Shown here: positions 29,456 to 39,676 of the stretch, in pieces
How positions within the stretch are numbered: position 1 is the first letter of the stretch
Layout of the letters: each line of letters opens with the position of its first letter
DNA from: Acidobacteriota bacterium
GTDB taxonomy: Bacteria; Acidobacteriota; UBA6911
Assembly (NCBI GenBank): GCA_016934295.1
Contig: JAFGTD010000019.1
Location: 10,950-74,949 of the forward strand
DNA: 64,000 bases
Reading direction: 5' to 3'
Notes under the pieces: generated by a model
The model's input: the letters and a program-made list of their open reading frames with translations, nothing else
What the model was told of the DNA's origin: nothing
Database searches by the model: none
Made by a program: the position numbers and the translations under genes

Positions 29456-29701
29456 CAGCCCGATAGGCCGTTTCTCATTCTATGCCGCAACCGTGCTGGC
29501 TACCCGCCCGTCTCGACATGTTTCGGAATCCTAATCCTTCCCGATTCCGCCTTGTGGACCCAGAGTTGAATTTTTCCAGTCGATTTTTTTAGTAAATTCC
29601 CGCCTTCAGTCATTTTAACTTCAAGGGCCGTTGCTGTCGATTGCGTCTGTCTTTCCGCAGGCCCCATTTGAGTCTACAAAAGGGAATGCGTTTACAGTGG
29701 T

Positions 29702-30358
29702 TTGTTTATGAATAGACTGGAAGATTCCTCCCGGGAAAATGGTCAAGATATTCTGGATTTGATGTCCAATCTGTTGAGGCGTGGAGACAATAGCGCAGCG
29801 GCGCAAGTGGCTTCCCGTCGCCTGCTTCTTCATTTCGGCTCCGCGCAGGGAATAGCGAACGCTTCGCTGGAGGAAATCCGCAAAGCCGGTAAAGTTACCG
29901 CAAATCAGGCAAGGTCGCTTTTTTACGCCGTGAAGTTGGGGCGTCGTGTCTGTTCTGCGCCTTTTAGGGCTGGAGAGCGTTTCTCGAACAGCAATGACTT
30001 ATTTCAACGATATAGAGCGCGTTTTTATTCCTGCAGCCGGGAGCATTTCTATTCGATTCATCTTAATTCCAAAAACAGGCTGATACGGGAAGTGCTGGTG
30101 TCGATAGGAAGCCTGAACACATCGGTCGTTCACCCACGGGAGGTTTTTGCGCCGGCCGTTCGAGACAGTGCCGCGGCGCTTATCTTTATACATAACCATC
30201 CCTCCGGAGACCCGTCGCCCAGCCGTGAGGACGTTGATTGTACGCGCCGCCTTGTCAGTGCCGGGCGAATCCTGGGTATCCGGGTGCTGGATCATGTAGT
30301 ATTCGGTCATGATGGATACTACAGCTTTTCAGATGCCGGCCGGTTGAATGGGACATAA
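29702..30358 (+). CDS. radC: RadC-family (JAB/MPN domain) protein
   Basis: HhH-like N-terminus and JAMM motif HNHPSGDPSPSREDVDCTRRL. Confidence 0.85.
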   Translation: MFMNRLEDSSRENGQDILDLMSNLLRRGDNSAAAQVASRRLLLHFGSAQGIANASLEEIRKAGKVTANQARSLFYAVKLGRRVCSAPFRAGERFSNSNDLFQRYRARFYSCSREHFYSIHLNSKNRLIREVLVSIGSLNTSVVHPREVFAPAVRDSAAALIFIHNHPSGDPSPSREDVDCTRRLVSAGRILGIRVLDHVVFGHDGYYSFSDAGRLNGT

Positions 30359-30410
30359 TTCTGCGGTTGTGATTTTACCCTTCTTCGCTGTAGGATGGAG
30401 TCCACCTTCA

Positions 30411-31394
30411 ATGAAGATTAAAAAACTGAAATCGCCGTCGGATACATTTAATGTGTCCTTCCCTACGGGGAAAAAATACGAGGTTGTCGGATTCGGACTG
30501 AATTCCGTCGACCATCTTTGTGTCGTGCCCGAATACCCTCACGTAAATACAAAAACCGAAATTGTACAATATAAGAAATTGCCCGGAGGACAGGTGGCTA
30601 CCGCTATTCTGTTTCTTTCGCGACTGGGCTGCCATGCGCATTACATGGGGAAAGTGGGGGATGACGACCTGGGCCGGCTTGTCCTGGACAGTTTTGAATC
30701 GGAATCGCTCGATATTTCCTCGATATTGATCGAGAAAAACGTACCCACCCAGTCGGCTTTCATTATTATCGACGGCAAAAGCGGAGAGAGAACAATACTC
30801 TGGCAGAGAAACGAAAAGCTGAACTATGGAAGATCCGAACTGGATATGGAAAGAATCTGTAATGGAAAAATCCTGCATCTGGACGGATACGATTCCCGCG
30901 CCGCCATTATTGCAGCATCCAAATGCCGGGAGGAGGGGATCCCCGTCAGTATTGATCTCGACATGGTCGTTACAGATTGTGATGCACTTATGGATACTGT
31001 CGATTTTCTGATCGTCAGCTCCGATTTCAGCCGGGAATATACGGGTATAACGGATGTTTATGAGTCTTTTCGATCACTGCGCAATTCCTTCAATGGTTTT
31101 TTAGTTATGACTGCCGGTGCTTCCGGTGCCCTTGTTTCCGTCGCGGGCGAATGCCTGGCATTTCCGGGCATTAAAGTACCGGCTGTGGATACTACAGGCG
31201 CCGGGGATATCTTTCATGGCGCCTTTATATACGGATTGCTGCAAAACTGGCCTCTCGATCGAATAATGGCATTTTCCAACACGGCAGCCGGATTGAGTTG
31301 CGGCTATTTGGGAGCGCAATCGGGAATACGTCCTCTGGATGAGATTTTGCGATGGTTCAAAAAAACCGATCTTTTTTCCTTCCGGCGTTTTTAA
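30411..31394 (+). CDS. PfkB-family carbohydrate/nucleoside kinase
   Basis: Ribokinase-fold motifs (GGQVATA..., DTTGAGDIFHGAF). The start was moved to the ATG at 30411 after the radC stop. The track ORF start at 30348 overlaps radC. Confidence 0.8.
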   Translation: MKIKKLKSPSDTFNVSFPTGKKYEVVGFGLNSVDHLCVVPEYPHVNTKTEIVQYKKLPGGQVATAILFLSRLGCHAHYMGKVGDDDLGRLVLDSFESESLDISSILIEKNVPTQSAFIIIDGKSGERTILWQRNEKLNYGRSELDMERICNGKILHLDGYDSRAAIIAASKCREEGIPVSIDLDMVVTDCDALMDTVDFLIVSSDFSREYTGITDVYESFRSLRNSFNGFLVMTAGASGALVSVAGECLAFPGIKVPAVDTTGAGDIFHGAFIYGLLQNWPLDRIMAFSNTAAGLSCGYLGAQSGIRPLDEILRWFKKTDLFSFRRF

Positions 31395-31668
31395 CCGCAA
31401 TTAAACCCATATCCGCCCTGGTAATTCCTGTCCACGACTTCAGTAAATCTTTGTAAATAGTTGAAAGAAGAGGGATTAAACTAATTCAGCCGACCTCAAC
31501 AGGCGAATAACGAGTGGATGGGCGCTATAAAACAGGTACGTAATTTGCTCTTCAACCCCTTGTCATTTTACTAAAGGTTTCATAATTGAAAGACGATAAA
31601 TGAGGCATCCTGAAAAGTATTATAGGGCTCCTAGTGGGGATAGGAAAAAAGTAAGGGGAGAGAAGAAT

Positions 31669-32103
31669 ATGAGACTCGTATCTGGAATTGCAGCTTTAGC
31701 CGTTGTTTTTATGATGTGGAATGCGGTACCGTCAGTCGCACAGTCCAGCAATTCCGATTTTATCGTGGTGGCCAATAAACAAATGGCCGGAAGTTCCATC
31801 AACAAAAAAGCCCTGAAGGGCATATACCTTCGTGAGGTAAAAAACTGGGGCAACGGCAACAAAATAATCGTTGTCAATCTTGAAGGTGGCGGAGATTTCT
31901 ACCAGAATCTGTTCGGAAAATCCTTAGTACAGATGCAGGCGTACTGGCTGAACATGCGTATTAAGTACAGCGTCGAACTTCCGGTGACCAAAAAAGATTC
32001 TGCGAGCGTCAAACAGTTCGTAGCTTCCAATAAGGGTGCCATAGGGTTTATAGATAAAAACGATCTGGATGACTCTGTAAAAGTTTTAAAAATTGTAAAC
32101 TAG
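31669..32103 (+). CDS. Small secreted periplasmic-binding-protein-like (PstS/PBP superfamily half-domain) protein
   Basis: Signal peptide MRLVSGIAALAVVFMMWNAVPSVAQS and a PBP-like motif GAIGFID. The product is only ~144 aa. The start has an AAGGGGAGAG Shine-Dalgarno. Confidence 0.5.
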   Translation: MRLVSGIAALAVVFMMWNAVPSVAQSSNSDFIVVANKQMAGSSINKKALKGIYLREVKNWGNGNKIIVVNLEGGGDFYQNLFGKSLVQMQAYWLNMRIKYSVELPVTKKDSASVKQFVASNKGAIGFIDKNDLDDSVKVLKIVN

Positions 32104-32422
32104 CACACATCCTTTCATTCTGCCGGCAGGGCTGCACTTGTTGATCCTCTGCAGTAAGAATTAAGTATAACTCAGCATAAAGATTGGATAGTTTCATATC
32201 TAACTATTCAATCTTTTCTGCTGAGAAATCCCCGAAAATAATTTAAGCACAAAAATTATAATTTCCGAACCACCCTTCCGGAAACAGGCATGGCCGGGAT
32301 TTGACGACAGAAGTTTGTCTTTTCAGATTTCCGGATTATGAAGAAGTCGGGAGTCCCGACGATGAAAGCACGCTGCGCGTATGCCGGTTTGACGGTATAA
32401 TAACTGCAGGAGGGGGGAAATC

Positions 32423-33028
32423 ATGGATAGAATATTTTTTGCGGATATCGACACGCAGAGGGATTTTATGCTCCCCAAGGGTGCTCTGTATGTTCCGGGC
32501 GCCGAACGGCTCATTCCCAAATTGAAGCGCTTATTTGACTTTGCCCAAAAAAATGAAGTGCATATTCTTTCTTCAACCGATACGCATTCTTCCGGTGATC
32601 CGGAATTCGGGCAGTTCCCGGCTCATTGTATAGAGGGGACCGAAGGCCAGCGAAAGCTGGAAGAAACGCTCCTGCCCCGTCCGCTAATTTTAAAAAATCA
32701 GGCAATCGATCGAAATCTGGTGGAGGATGTAAGAAAATATCTTCAGATTATCGTGGAAAAACAGACTTTTGACGTATTCAGTAATCCTGTGACCGAGCGC
32801 CTGTTGCGGATACTGCCTCCTCGAGCTATCGTATTCGGCGTTGCCACGGAATATTGCGTACAGTCGGCCTGCCTCGGACTCCGTCGCAATGGGGTGCATA
32901 CAGTTTTGCTCCGCGATGCCGTCCGATCCCTTTCCCCTGAAACTGAAAGAGAGGCTCTGAACAATTTGCTCCAGGCCGGCGTAGAGTTTACGACACTGGA
33001 TGCCCTGTTGGGCGCCGGCACTTCCTGA
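32423..33028 (+). CDS. Isochorismatase-family cysteine hydrolase
   Basis: Catalytic D (ADIDTQRDF), K, and the C in VFGVATEYCVQSA of the isochorismatase-like fold. Confidence 0.8.
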   Translation: MDRIFFADIDTQRDFMLPKGALYVPGAERLIPKLKRLFDFAQKNEVHILSSTDTHSSGDPEFGQFPAHCIEGTEGQRKLEETLLPRPLILKNQAIDRNLVEDVRKYLQIIVEKQTFDVFSNPVTERLLRILPPRAIVFGVATEYCVQSACLGLRRNGVHTVLLRDAVRSLSPETEREALNNLLQAGVEFTTLDALLGAGTS

Positions 33029-33064
33029 TCCAATAACCAACGGTAAAATACGGTCCATACCGGA

Positions 33065-34201
33065 ATGCTTTCAGGCATATATATTCACATCCCGTTCTGC
33101 AGCCAGAACTGCAAGTACTGTCATTTTGTGACGGTTCCTTTCGACCGTGAGATGACAGGGAAATATAAAACCAGTGTAGTAAAAGAAATCGCCCTGTATG
33201 CGGAAAACGCTTTAAGCCGGTTTGAAGTCGATTCCATCTATCTCGGAGGGGGGACTCCGAGTATGTTGGATTCCGAAAGCATCGAAGAAATACTGCATGC
33301 GTGCCGGGAGAATTTTTCCGTTTCCAGGGATTGTGAAATTACCCTTGAAGCAAATCCGGATACTCTGCGGGACGAAAACAAAGCGCGATCTTACTCAAAA
33401 TCGGGTATAAACAGGATATCTGTGGGAGTTCAATCGTTCCATGACAGGGAACTGGAAGCTATCGGCCGGCTTCATACCGTAACCTCCGTAGTAGAATCCA
33501 TGGGAATCCTTAAAGAAAACGGATTTAATAATATCAATTTGGATTTACTCCTGGGTATTCCTTTACAGACCTCCGTCAGCTGGAGGGAAAGTCTCGAACG
33601 GATACCGGAAACAGGATTTTCCCATGTCTCAATCTATATGCTGGATCTGGACGAGCCGTGCCGTCTTTCCGAGGCAGTTTCCGATGGCTCCATCTCTATT
33701 CCAGGGGATGATGTGGTTGCAGATTTATACCTGGAAACGATTGATATTCTTGACTCTTACGGTTACCGGCAGTACGAAATAAGCAATTTCGCAAAACCGG
33801 GAAGCGAATGTCGGCATAATTTAAAGTACTGGATGCGCAAACCCTTCATCGGATTCGGATTGGCCAGCCATTCATTCGACGGACACTCAAGATATGCGAA
33901 CTTCCGTAATATGGAGGAGTATTTTCAGGCTCTGGACGTACCCCGTCTTCCCATTGAGTGGCGTAAGTCTTTGGGAGAGAAAGAATCGCTGGCTGAAAAA
34001 CTGTTTCTCGGGCTGCGTTTGAATAAGGGGATTCGGTGGACCCGGCTGAAGCGGAAATACCGGGAAGATTGCCTGCAGGAATACGAAAACTTTTTACGGG
34101 AATTGGGAGCGGAGGGCTTCGTGGAATGGAAAGGCCCCATCGTCCGGCTTACCCCGAAGGGCATGCTTCTATCCAACGAGATTTTCCAGCAGTTTGTCTA
34201 G
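33065..34201 (+). CDS. hemW: Radical SAM family heme chaperone HemW (coproporphyrinogen III oxidase-like)
   Basis: CxxxCxYC cluster motif (CSQNCKYCHF) in a 378-aa HemN-like protein lacking the HemN N-terminal extension. Confidence 0.85.
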   Translation: MLSGIYIHIPFCSQNCKYCHFVTVPFDREMTGKYKTSVVKEIALYAENALSRFEVDSIYLGGGTPSMLDSESIEEILHACRENFSVSRDCEITLEANPDTLRDENKARSYSKSGINRISVGVQSFHDRELEAIGRLHTVTSVVESMGILKENGFNNINLDLLLGIPLQTSVSWRESLERIPETGFSHVSIYMLDLDEPCRLSEAVSDGSISIPGDDVVADLYLETIDILDSYGYRQYEISNFAKPGSECRHNLKYWMRKPFIGFGLASHSFDGHSRYANFRNMEEYFQALDVPRLPIEWRKSLGEKESLAEKLFLGLRLNKGIRWTRLKRKYREDCLQEYENFLRELGAEGFVEWKGPIVRLTPKGMLLSNEIFQQFV

Positions 34202-34383
34202 CCTGATTTCTCCTGAGATCCTGATATAAACCACAAAAATATTTACTTTTCTACTGGAGAGGAAAGGATGGCAGGCCGAAAACAGTAATGAATGGGGCAA
34301 ATATTGGAAAATAATCTAAAAAAGACTTTTAGTTAACTACTAATACTGTAGGAATGAATCTCAGTTGACGATAATGATCTACG

Positions 34384-35925
34384 ATGGCGTATTTTGCTAA
34401 GGATACATCGGAACCGGATATGCAAGAAATTTCTCTGCCCGAACCTCTTAAACTTCAACTGAAAGCCTGCCGGACACTTCCCAGCATACCTGCTGTTGTC
34501 CTTGAGGTCCTGGATATCTGTCAGGATGAAGATGTCAGTATAGGCCAGGTCTCCAAGGTTCTTATGCGGGATCCGGCGTTGAGCGGAAAAATTCTCAAGG
34601 TGGCGAATTCCCCGTACTATGGGGTTCGTTCCCAGGTGACAACCCTGGAGCGGGCCGTCACAATTTTGGGAATTAACGCCACATTGAGCCTGGCGCTCAG
34701 TTTTTCACTGGTCAGAGGTTTACAGAACGGCAGAAGGTCCGGATTCAATCATCACGCGTTCTGGTTGCGGTGCGTTATTTCTGCCGCGGCAAGTCGGATC
34801 ATCGGGATTTGGGCCAATACGGCAAACCATGACGAGTTGTTTCTTGCCGGATTACTGCAGGATATCGGGATGCTCGTTTTAAGCGAAGCCATTCCGGACA
34901 GTTATGGCGAAATAATTTCGCTGACACAGGAGAATCACACCCTGTTGGCCGAAATGGAGAAGAAGGAATACGGGTGCGATCATGCGACCGTGGGTGCCTG
35001 GCTTTTGAAACGGTGGAACCTGCCGCTTAACCTGCAAATGGCGGCCCTTGCCAGTCACGGGGAGGCAGTGGGTGAGGAGGAACTGCCGGTTTTCAGCAAA
35101 TGCGTCATGCTGGCAAATTACATCGCCGCTGTCTGGACTCAACCCGATACCATCGAAGCGACCACGGCTGCAAAGGATAAGGCTGAGGAAATATTGCAGA
35201 TATCCACGGAACAGTTTGAGGACATTCTGAATGATGTTGCGCAAATCCTGCCGGAAGTGACGGAGAATCTTGAAATCAACATCGGCGGTGAAGAGTTTAT
35301 AGACAGGGTAATGGATGAGGCGCGCGGTGCGCTGGTCGAACTTTCTCTGCATGCGCATCAAATGATTCAGGAAATAGAGCTTCAGGCGAAAAGGGATGAA
35401 CTGACATCCCTGGCCAATCGCGCCTATCTGAATGAAATATTGCCCCAGCAGTTTATTGCCGCCCGTGAAATGAGCCGCCCGTTCAGCGTCCTTTTCATTG
35501 ATATCGACAGATTCAAATCCATTAACGATACCTACGGACATCAGGGCGGCGATTCCATACTCACATCCGTTGCGCGCGTCCTGCGATCGTGCACGCGGGA
35601 ATTCGATGTTGTAGCACGGTACGGCGGGGATGAATTTGTAATACTTCTTGCCAATACCGGTGAAAAAGCATCGCTGCATCTTTCCCGAAGGATCCAGGAA
35701 GCGGTTATGGTGCATCCTCATATGATTGATGAAGTGACAAAGATTGCCGTAACCATTTCCGTCGGCTGCGCCACTTTTTCAGCGGACCAACCGTTCCTGT
35801 CCGCAAATGAACTGATTGAGGCGGCGGATCGGTGCCTGTACTCGGCTAAAACTACCGGAAGAAACAGGGTTGTTTCTTTCAATCAAATGAATTCCCGGAA
35901 TATTTCTTCTGCTGATTGTGCATAA
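34384..35925 (+). CDS. HDOD domain - GGDEF domain protein (putative diguanylate cyclase)
   Basis: N-terminal HDOD-like region. The C-terminal GGDEF domain carries an intact RYGGDEF active-site motif and a RxxD-like I-site region. Confidence 0.85.
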   Translation: MAYFAKDTSEPDMQEISLPEPLKLQLKACRTLPSIPAVVLEVLDICQDEDVSIGQVSKVLMRDPALSGKILKVANSPYYGVRSQVTTLERAVTILGINATLSLALSFSLVRGLQNGRRSGFNHHAFWLRCVISAAASRIIGIWANTANHDELFLAGLLQDIGMLVLSEAIPDSYGEIISLTQENHTLLAEMEKKEYGCDHATVGAWLLKRWNLPLNLQMAALASHGEAVGEEELPVFSKCVMLANYIAAVWTQPDTIEATTAAKDKAEEILQISTEQFEDILNDVAQILPEVTENLEINIGGEEFIDRVMDEARGALVELSLHAHQMIQEIELQAKRDELTSLANRAYLNEILPQQFIAAREMSRPFSVLFIDIDRFKSINDTYGHQGGDSILTSVARVLRSCTREFDVVARYGGDEFVILLANTGEKASLHLSRRIQEAVMVHPHMIDEVTKIAVTISVGCATFSADQPFLSANELIEAADRCLYSAKTTGRNRVVSFNQMNSRNISSADCA

Positions 35926-36278
35926 GCCGGATCATTGGCGCCCGGCTCCGCACTGTTTATCTAATATACATCCGTTGCACATCAGCACCTTCCATCCATA
36001 CAACGGCAGGACCGTCGATTCCTCGGAAATATCGGTTTGATACGTGGGTAAAGGACTGTTCCCGCGCAATGAACGATTTGAACGGCTCTCTTTTCAAATC
36101 CTTTCATCGCTGTTAAGATGGTCGCCTGCCGGAAATAACGATATACAGAAGGCTTAAAGGCAAACGGATTCATGGAATATTAACTTTAGCCGGCAATTTT
36201 TACAGGCTTTTGTCGCTTCGATGGAAATGAAAAGTCTGAATCCTGCAAGGAATGCCGGCCATTGACAGACGGGTTCTT

Positions 36279-37139
36279 ATGGAAAAAGTGGCGATTGGAA
36301 TTATCGGCGGAAGCGGGCTGTACGATATGTCGGAGCTTACGGAACGAAGCGAAATCAGCTTGGATACACCGTTCGGCAAACCTTCCGACAATCTGATTCT
36401 CGGCTCGCTGGCGGGAAAGCGAATCGTTTTCCTGTCACGGCATGGACGCGGGCATCGATATCTGCCCTCCGAACTGAACTTTCGAGCCAATATTTATGCA
36501 ATGAAAATGCTGGGAGTAGAACGGATTCTTTCGGTAAGTGCCGTTGGTTCTCTGAGAGAAGAAATAGCGCCCCTGGATATCGTGTTGCCCGATCAGTTTG
36601 CGGACAGGACCCGGGGGCGTGTATCGTCTTTCTTCGGCAATGGACTGGTTGCGCACATCGCTTTCAGCGATCCTGTGTGTCCGGATCTGGTATCGCAGGT
36701 TCAGACTGCATCCCGGAAAGCCGGTGTCGAAGCGAAAAAAGGGGGAACGTATCTCTGCATGGAGGGACCGGCGTTTTCTACAAGGGCGGAATCGAACCTG
36801 TATCGTCAATGGGGTATGGATATTATAGGGATGACCAACCTGCAGGAAGCGAAATTAGCCAGGGAAGCTGAGATTTGCTATGTCACTATCGCGCTGGTAA
36901 CGGATTTCGACTGCTGGCACGAATCCCATGAAACCGTCAGTGCCGACATGATTCTGGAAAATCTGCAGAAAAACAGCCGGAACGCTCAAAGAATACTCGC
37001 CCAAACGGTTCAAGACATGAATATGGAAAGAGCGTGCCTGTGCGGAGAAGCGCTGAAATTCGCCCTGATTACGGATAAAAGCATAATCGATGAAGAGACA
37101 AAAATCCGCCTGGAATGCCTCGTCGGAAAATACCTTTAA
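36279..37139 (+). CDS. mtnP: S-methyl-5'-thioadenosine phosphorylase
   Basis: PNP/MTAP fold motifs (IGIIGGSGL, MTNLQEAKLAREAEICY, TDFDCWH). The start is placed at the internal ATG MEKVAIG. Confidence 0.85.
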   Translation: MEKVAIGIIGGSGLYDMSELTERSEISLDTPFGKPSDNLILGSLAGKRIVFLSRHGRGHRYLPSELNFRANIYAMKMLGVERILSVSAVGSLREEIAPLDIVLPDQFADRTRGRVSSFFGNGLVAHIAFSDPVCPDLVSQVQTASRKAGVEAKKGGTYLCMEGPAFSTRAESNLYRQWGMDIIGMTNLQEAKLAREAEICYVTIALVTDFDCWHESHETVSADMILENLQKNSRNAQRILAQTVQDMNMERACLCGEALKFALITDKSIIDEETKIRLECLVGKYL

Positions 37140-37161
37140 TCAATGGAAGAAGGGGACGAAT

Positions 37162-38106
37162 ATGGGAATACTGGTTGTCGGTTCTGTCGCATTGGATTCT
37201 GTCATAACGCCGTTTGGAGCAAAGGATGAGATTTTGGGCGGGTCCGCCATATATTCCTGTATCGCCGCCAGCTATTTCACGGATGTTTCCATGGTTGCCG
37301 TGGTAGGAGACGATTTTCCGGAGAATCATACGGACTTTTTAAGAGCCAAGGGAATTGATACGGAGGGACTGCAGCGAATACCGGGAAAAACCTTCCGTTG
37401 GAAAGGGAAGTATGGAGACGATCTGAATTCGCGTACAACCCTGGATACGCAACTTAATGTTTTTGCGGATTTCGACCCTAAACTGTCGTCCGTGCACCGA
37501 CAATGCCCGTACCTGTTCCTGGGCAATATCGATCCCGATCTTCAGTATTCCGTTCTGCAACAGATGCAACAACCTAAATTCGTAGTCTGTGATACCATGA
37601 ATATCTGGATTGAAAATAATCGGGACTCTTTGCTGAAAGTCCTCAGTAAGATCGACCTCCTGGTGATAAACGACGAAGAAGCCGGAATGCTTGCCGGAAC
37701 ATCCAATGTTCTGAAGGCGGCGAAAGAAATCATGGCAATGGGGCCTGAAAGACTAGTCATCAAGCGGGGCGAATACGGTGCCATATTATTCGGTCCACGC
37801 ACCGTTTTTTCCGTGCCGGCGTTTCCCGTTGAGGATGTTTTCGATCCGACAGGGGCCGGGGATTCCTTTGCCGGCGGCCTTATGGGCTATATCGCCAATG
37901 TGGCGTCGGAGGATGAAATTACACTTCGTAAGGCGGTTGTCTACGGATCTGTCATGGCATCCTTCAATGTCGCCGATTTTGGTGCCGAGAGGCTGGGAGC
38001 GCTTACATTTACGGAAATCGAGGGGCGATACCGGGAATTCTGTAAAGTCGTTCTTTTTGAGGATTTCAATAAAAATGACGGTATGAAGTTTGACCGGATA
38101 CCTTGA
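37162..38106 (+). CDS. PfkB-family kinase (adenosine/nucleoside or sugar kinase)
   Basis: Ribokinase-fold motifs (GGSAIY, DPTGAGDSFAGG). The start was moved to the ATG at 37162, which has a GGAAGAAGGGGA Shine-Dalgarno. It lies 22 nt after mtnP. Confidence 0.8.
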   Translation: MGILVVGSVALDSVITPFGAKDEILGGSAIYSCIAASYFTDVSMVAVVGDDFPENHTDFLRAKGIDTEGLQRIPGKTFRWKGKYGDDLNSRTTLDTQLNVFADFDPKLSSVHRQCPYLFLGNIDPDLQYSVLQQMQQPKFVVCDTMNIWIENNRDSLLKVLSKIDLLVINDEEAGMLAGTSNVLKAAKEIMAMGPERLVIKRGEYGAILFGPRTVFSVPAFPVEDVFDPTGAGDSFAGGLMGYIANVASEDEITLRKAVVYGSVMASFNVADFGAERLGALTFTEIEGRYREFCKVVLFEDFNKNDGMKFDRIP

Positions 38107-38191
38107 TATGACAAGGATGATGAATGCGCCAAATTTTTGAAATAATACAAAGCATCCCGGAATCCACCGGATCTTCTTTCAGGATTTCACC

Positions 38192-39676
38192 GTGCCTTTG
38201 AAATCGATTATCCCAAAATATACAGCCGCTGTGATTTTATGCCTGTTCAGCTGTGCGGATGGGCCGCTGAAGGCCGACGACGCCCGGAATAAGAAGGAAG
38301 TCCCCACAATCGAGGATGCCGTTATCTTCAACGAAGCCTATGGCTGGGTGAAAAAAGCGGAAGCCTTGATAGGAACCGAAAAGGAAAACAGCGACGAGCA
38401 GGCTGAATTGTATTTAAAGGCAACGCAGATAAAGCCGGACTTTCTGGAAGCCCACTATAATCTCGGTTTGATTTATGCCAACCGGAATAAAAATGAAGAA
38501 GCGGCCCGTGCGTTTGAAAAGGTGATCGAAATTGAACCGGCGTTTGAAGGCATCTATCAACTGTTGGCGTCGGCATACGGGAAACTGGGTAATCCTGACG
38601 CGGCTATAAAAACGATTGAAAAGGGACTGAAATATTTTCCAAATGACCTGCAGATGCGCCGGGCGCTGTCAATGCTTCAAATAAACGCGCATTTGGATAA
38701 AGCCGCAATCGGAAATCTCCGGAAGATTATCGAGACGGATCCCGGGGATCTTGACGCAAGAATGGACATGGCCAGGCTCTATCAGCGCAACGGAGAGATG
38801 GACAAAGCTGAAGAGCATTATTTGATTGTTTCCAACAGCGATCCTGATAATTTCGCGGCGCACTACAATCTGGCACAGATTTACATGCGGCAGAAGAAGT
38901 ATCGTGAAGCTTCCGACAAACTGGAATCAGCAGATCAAATCAGACCCGGCGATCCCGTGCTGCTCGAGCGACTGGGAGACGCCTATGCAGGACAGTTGGA
39001 ACTTGAAAAAGCAGTCATCGCTTACAGTTCTGCGCTGGATAACGGTTCGGATAAAGAAAGAGTGTACGCAAAGCTGGGTTTCGGTCAGGCCAATCTGAAT
39101 CGGATTGAAGAGGCTGTTGTTTCGCTGGAAAATTCCGTAAAACACAATACGAATAGCGCGGACGTATACCACCTTCTGGGGCATTTGTATAGCGAGTTGG
39201 AACGAACGGACGAAGCCGTTGCCGCCTATAATAAAACTCTTGAAATCAAGCCGGATCAAAAAGATGTTCTTTACAACCTGGGCACTATTTACGCCGAGGA
39301 GGGTCGCCTGCCGGAAGCTCTTGAGGCATTGAAGACAGCTCTGCAAATAGACCCGGAGTACGCATCCGCGTGGATCAATCTGGCCCTTGTATATGAAAAG
39401 CTCGGTCGCGATACGGATGCCATATATGCACATGAAAAGGCCATTGAGCTTGGCGGCGGCCGGGCTTTGAATTATTTTCACCTGGGTGTTCTTTATGCGA
39501 AGGGGGATCAGGCGGATCAGGCTATCGATGCATTCGCCAGAGCCATTGAAATGGAACCGGAACCCTACCGCGGCCTGTTATTGGAGGAGCTTAAAAAAGT
39601 TCATTCCGTGCTGGATTCGGTGCGGTACAAGGATAAATTTATTCGTCTCCTGAAAACGGGTCCGCCTGCGGACTAG
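38192..39676 (+). CDS. TPR-repeat lipoprotein
   Basis: Lipobox LFSCADG and at least 10 TPR-like repeats (AHYNLG..., ...). No catalytic motif is present. Confidence 0.75.
   Translation: MPLKSIIPKYTAAVILCLFSCADGPLKADDARNKKEVPTIEDAVIFNEAYGWVKKAEALIGTEKENSDEQAELYLKATQIKPDFLEAHYNLGLIYANRNKNEEAARAFEKVIEIEPAFEGIYQLLASAYGKLGNPDAAIKTIEKGLKYFPNDLQMRRALSMLQINAHLDKAAIGNLRKIIETDPGDLDARMDMARLYQRNGEMDKAEEHYLIVSNSDPDNFAAHYNLAQIYMRQKKYREASDKLESADQIRPGDPVLLERLGDAYAGQLELEKAVIAYSSALDNGSDKERVYAKLGFGQANLNRIEEAVVSLENSVKHNTNSADVYHLLGHLYSELERTDEAVAAYNKTLEIKPDQKDVLYNLGTIYAEEGRLPEALEALKTALQIDPEYASAWINLALVYEKLGRDTDAIYAHEKAIELGGGRALNYFHLGVLYAKGDQADQAIDAFARAIEMEPEPYRGLLLEELKKVHSVLDSVRYKDKFIRLLKTGPPAD

Noticed and set aside
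35926-36278. SAM or SAH riboswitch upstream of mtnP
   Set aside because: No SAM-I or SAM-II core sequence elements were recognisable by eye. An Rfam scan is needed to be sure.
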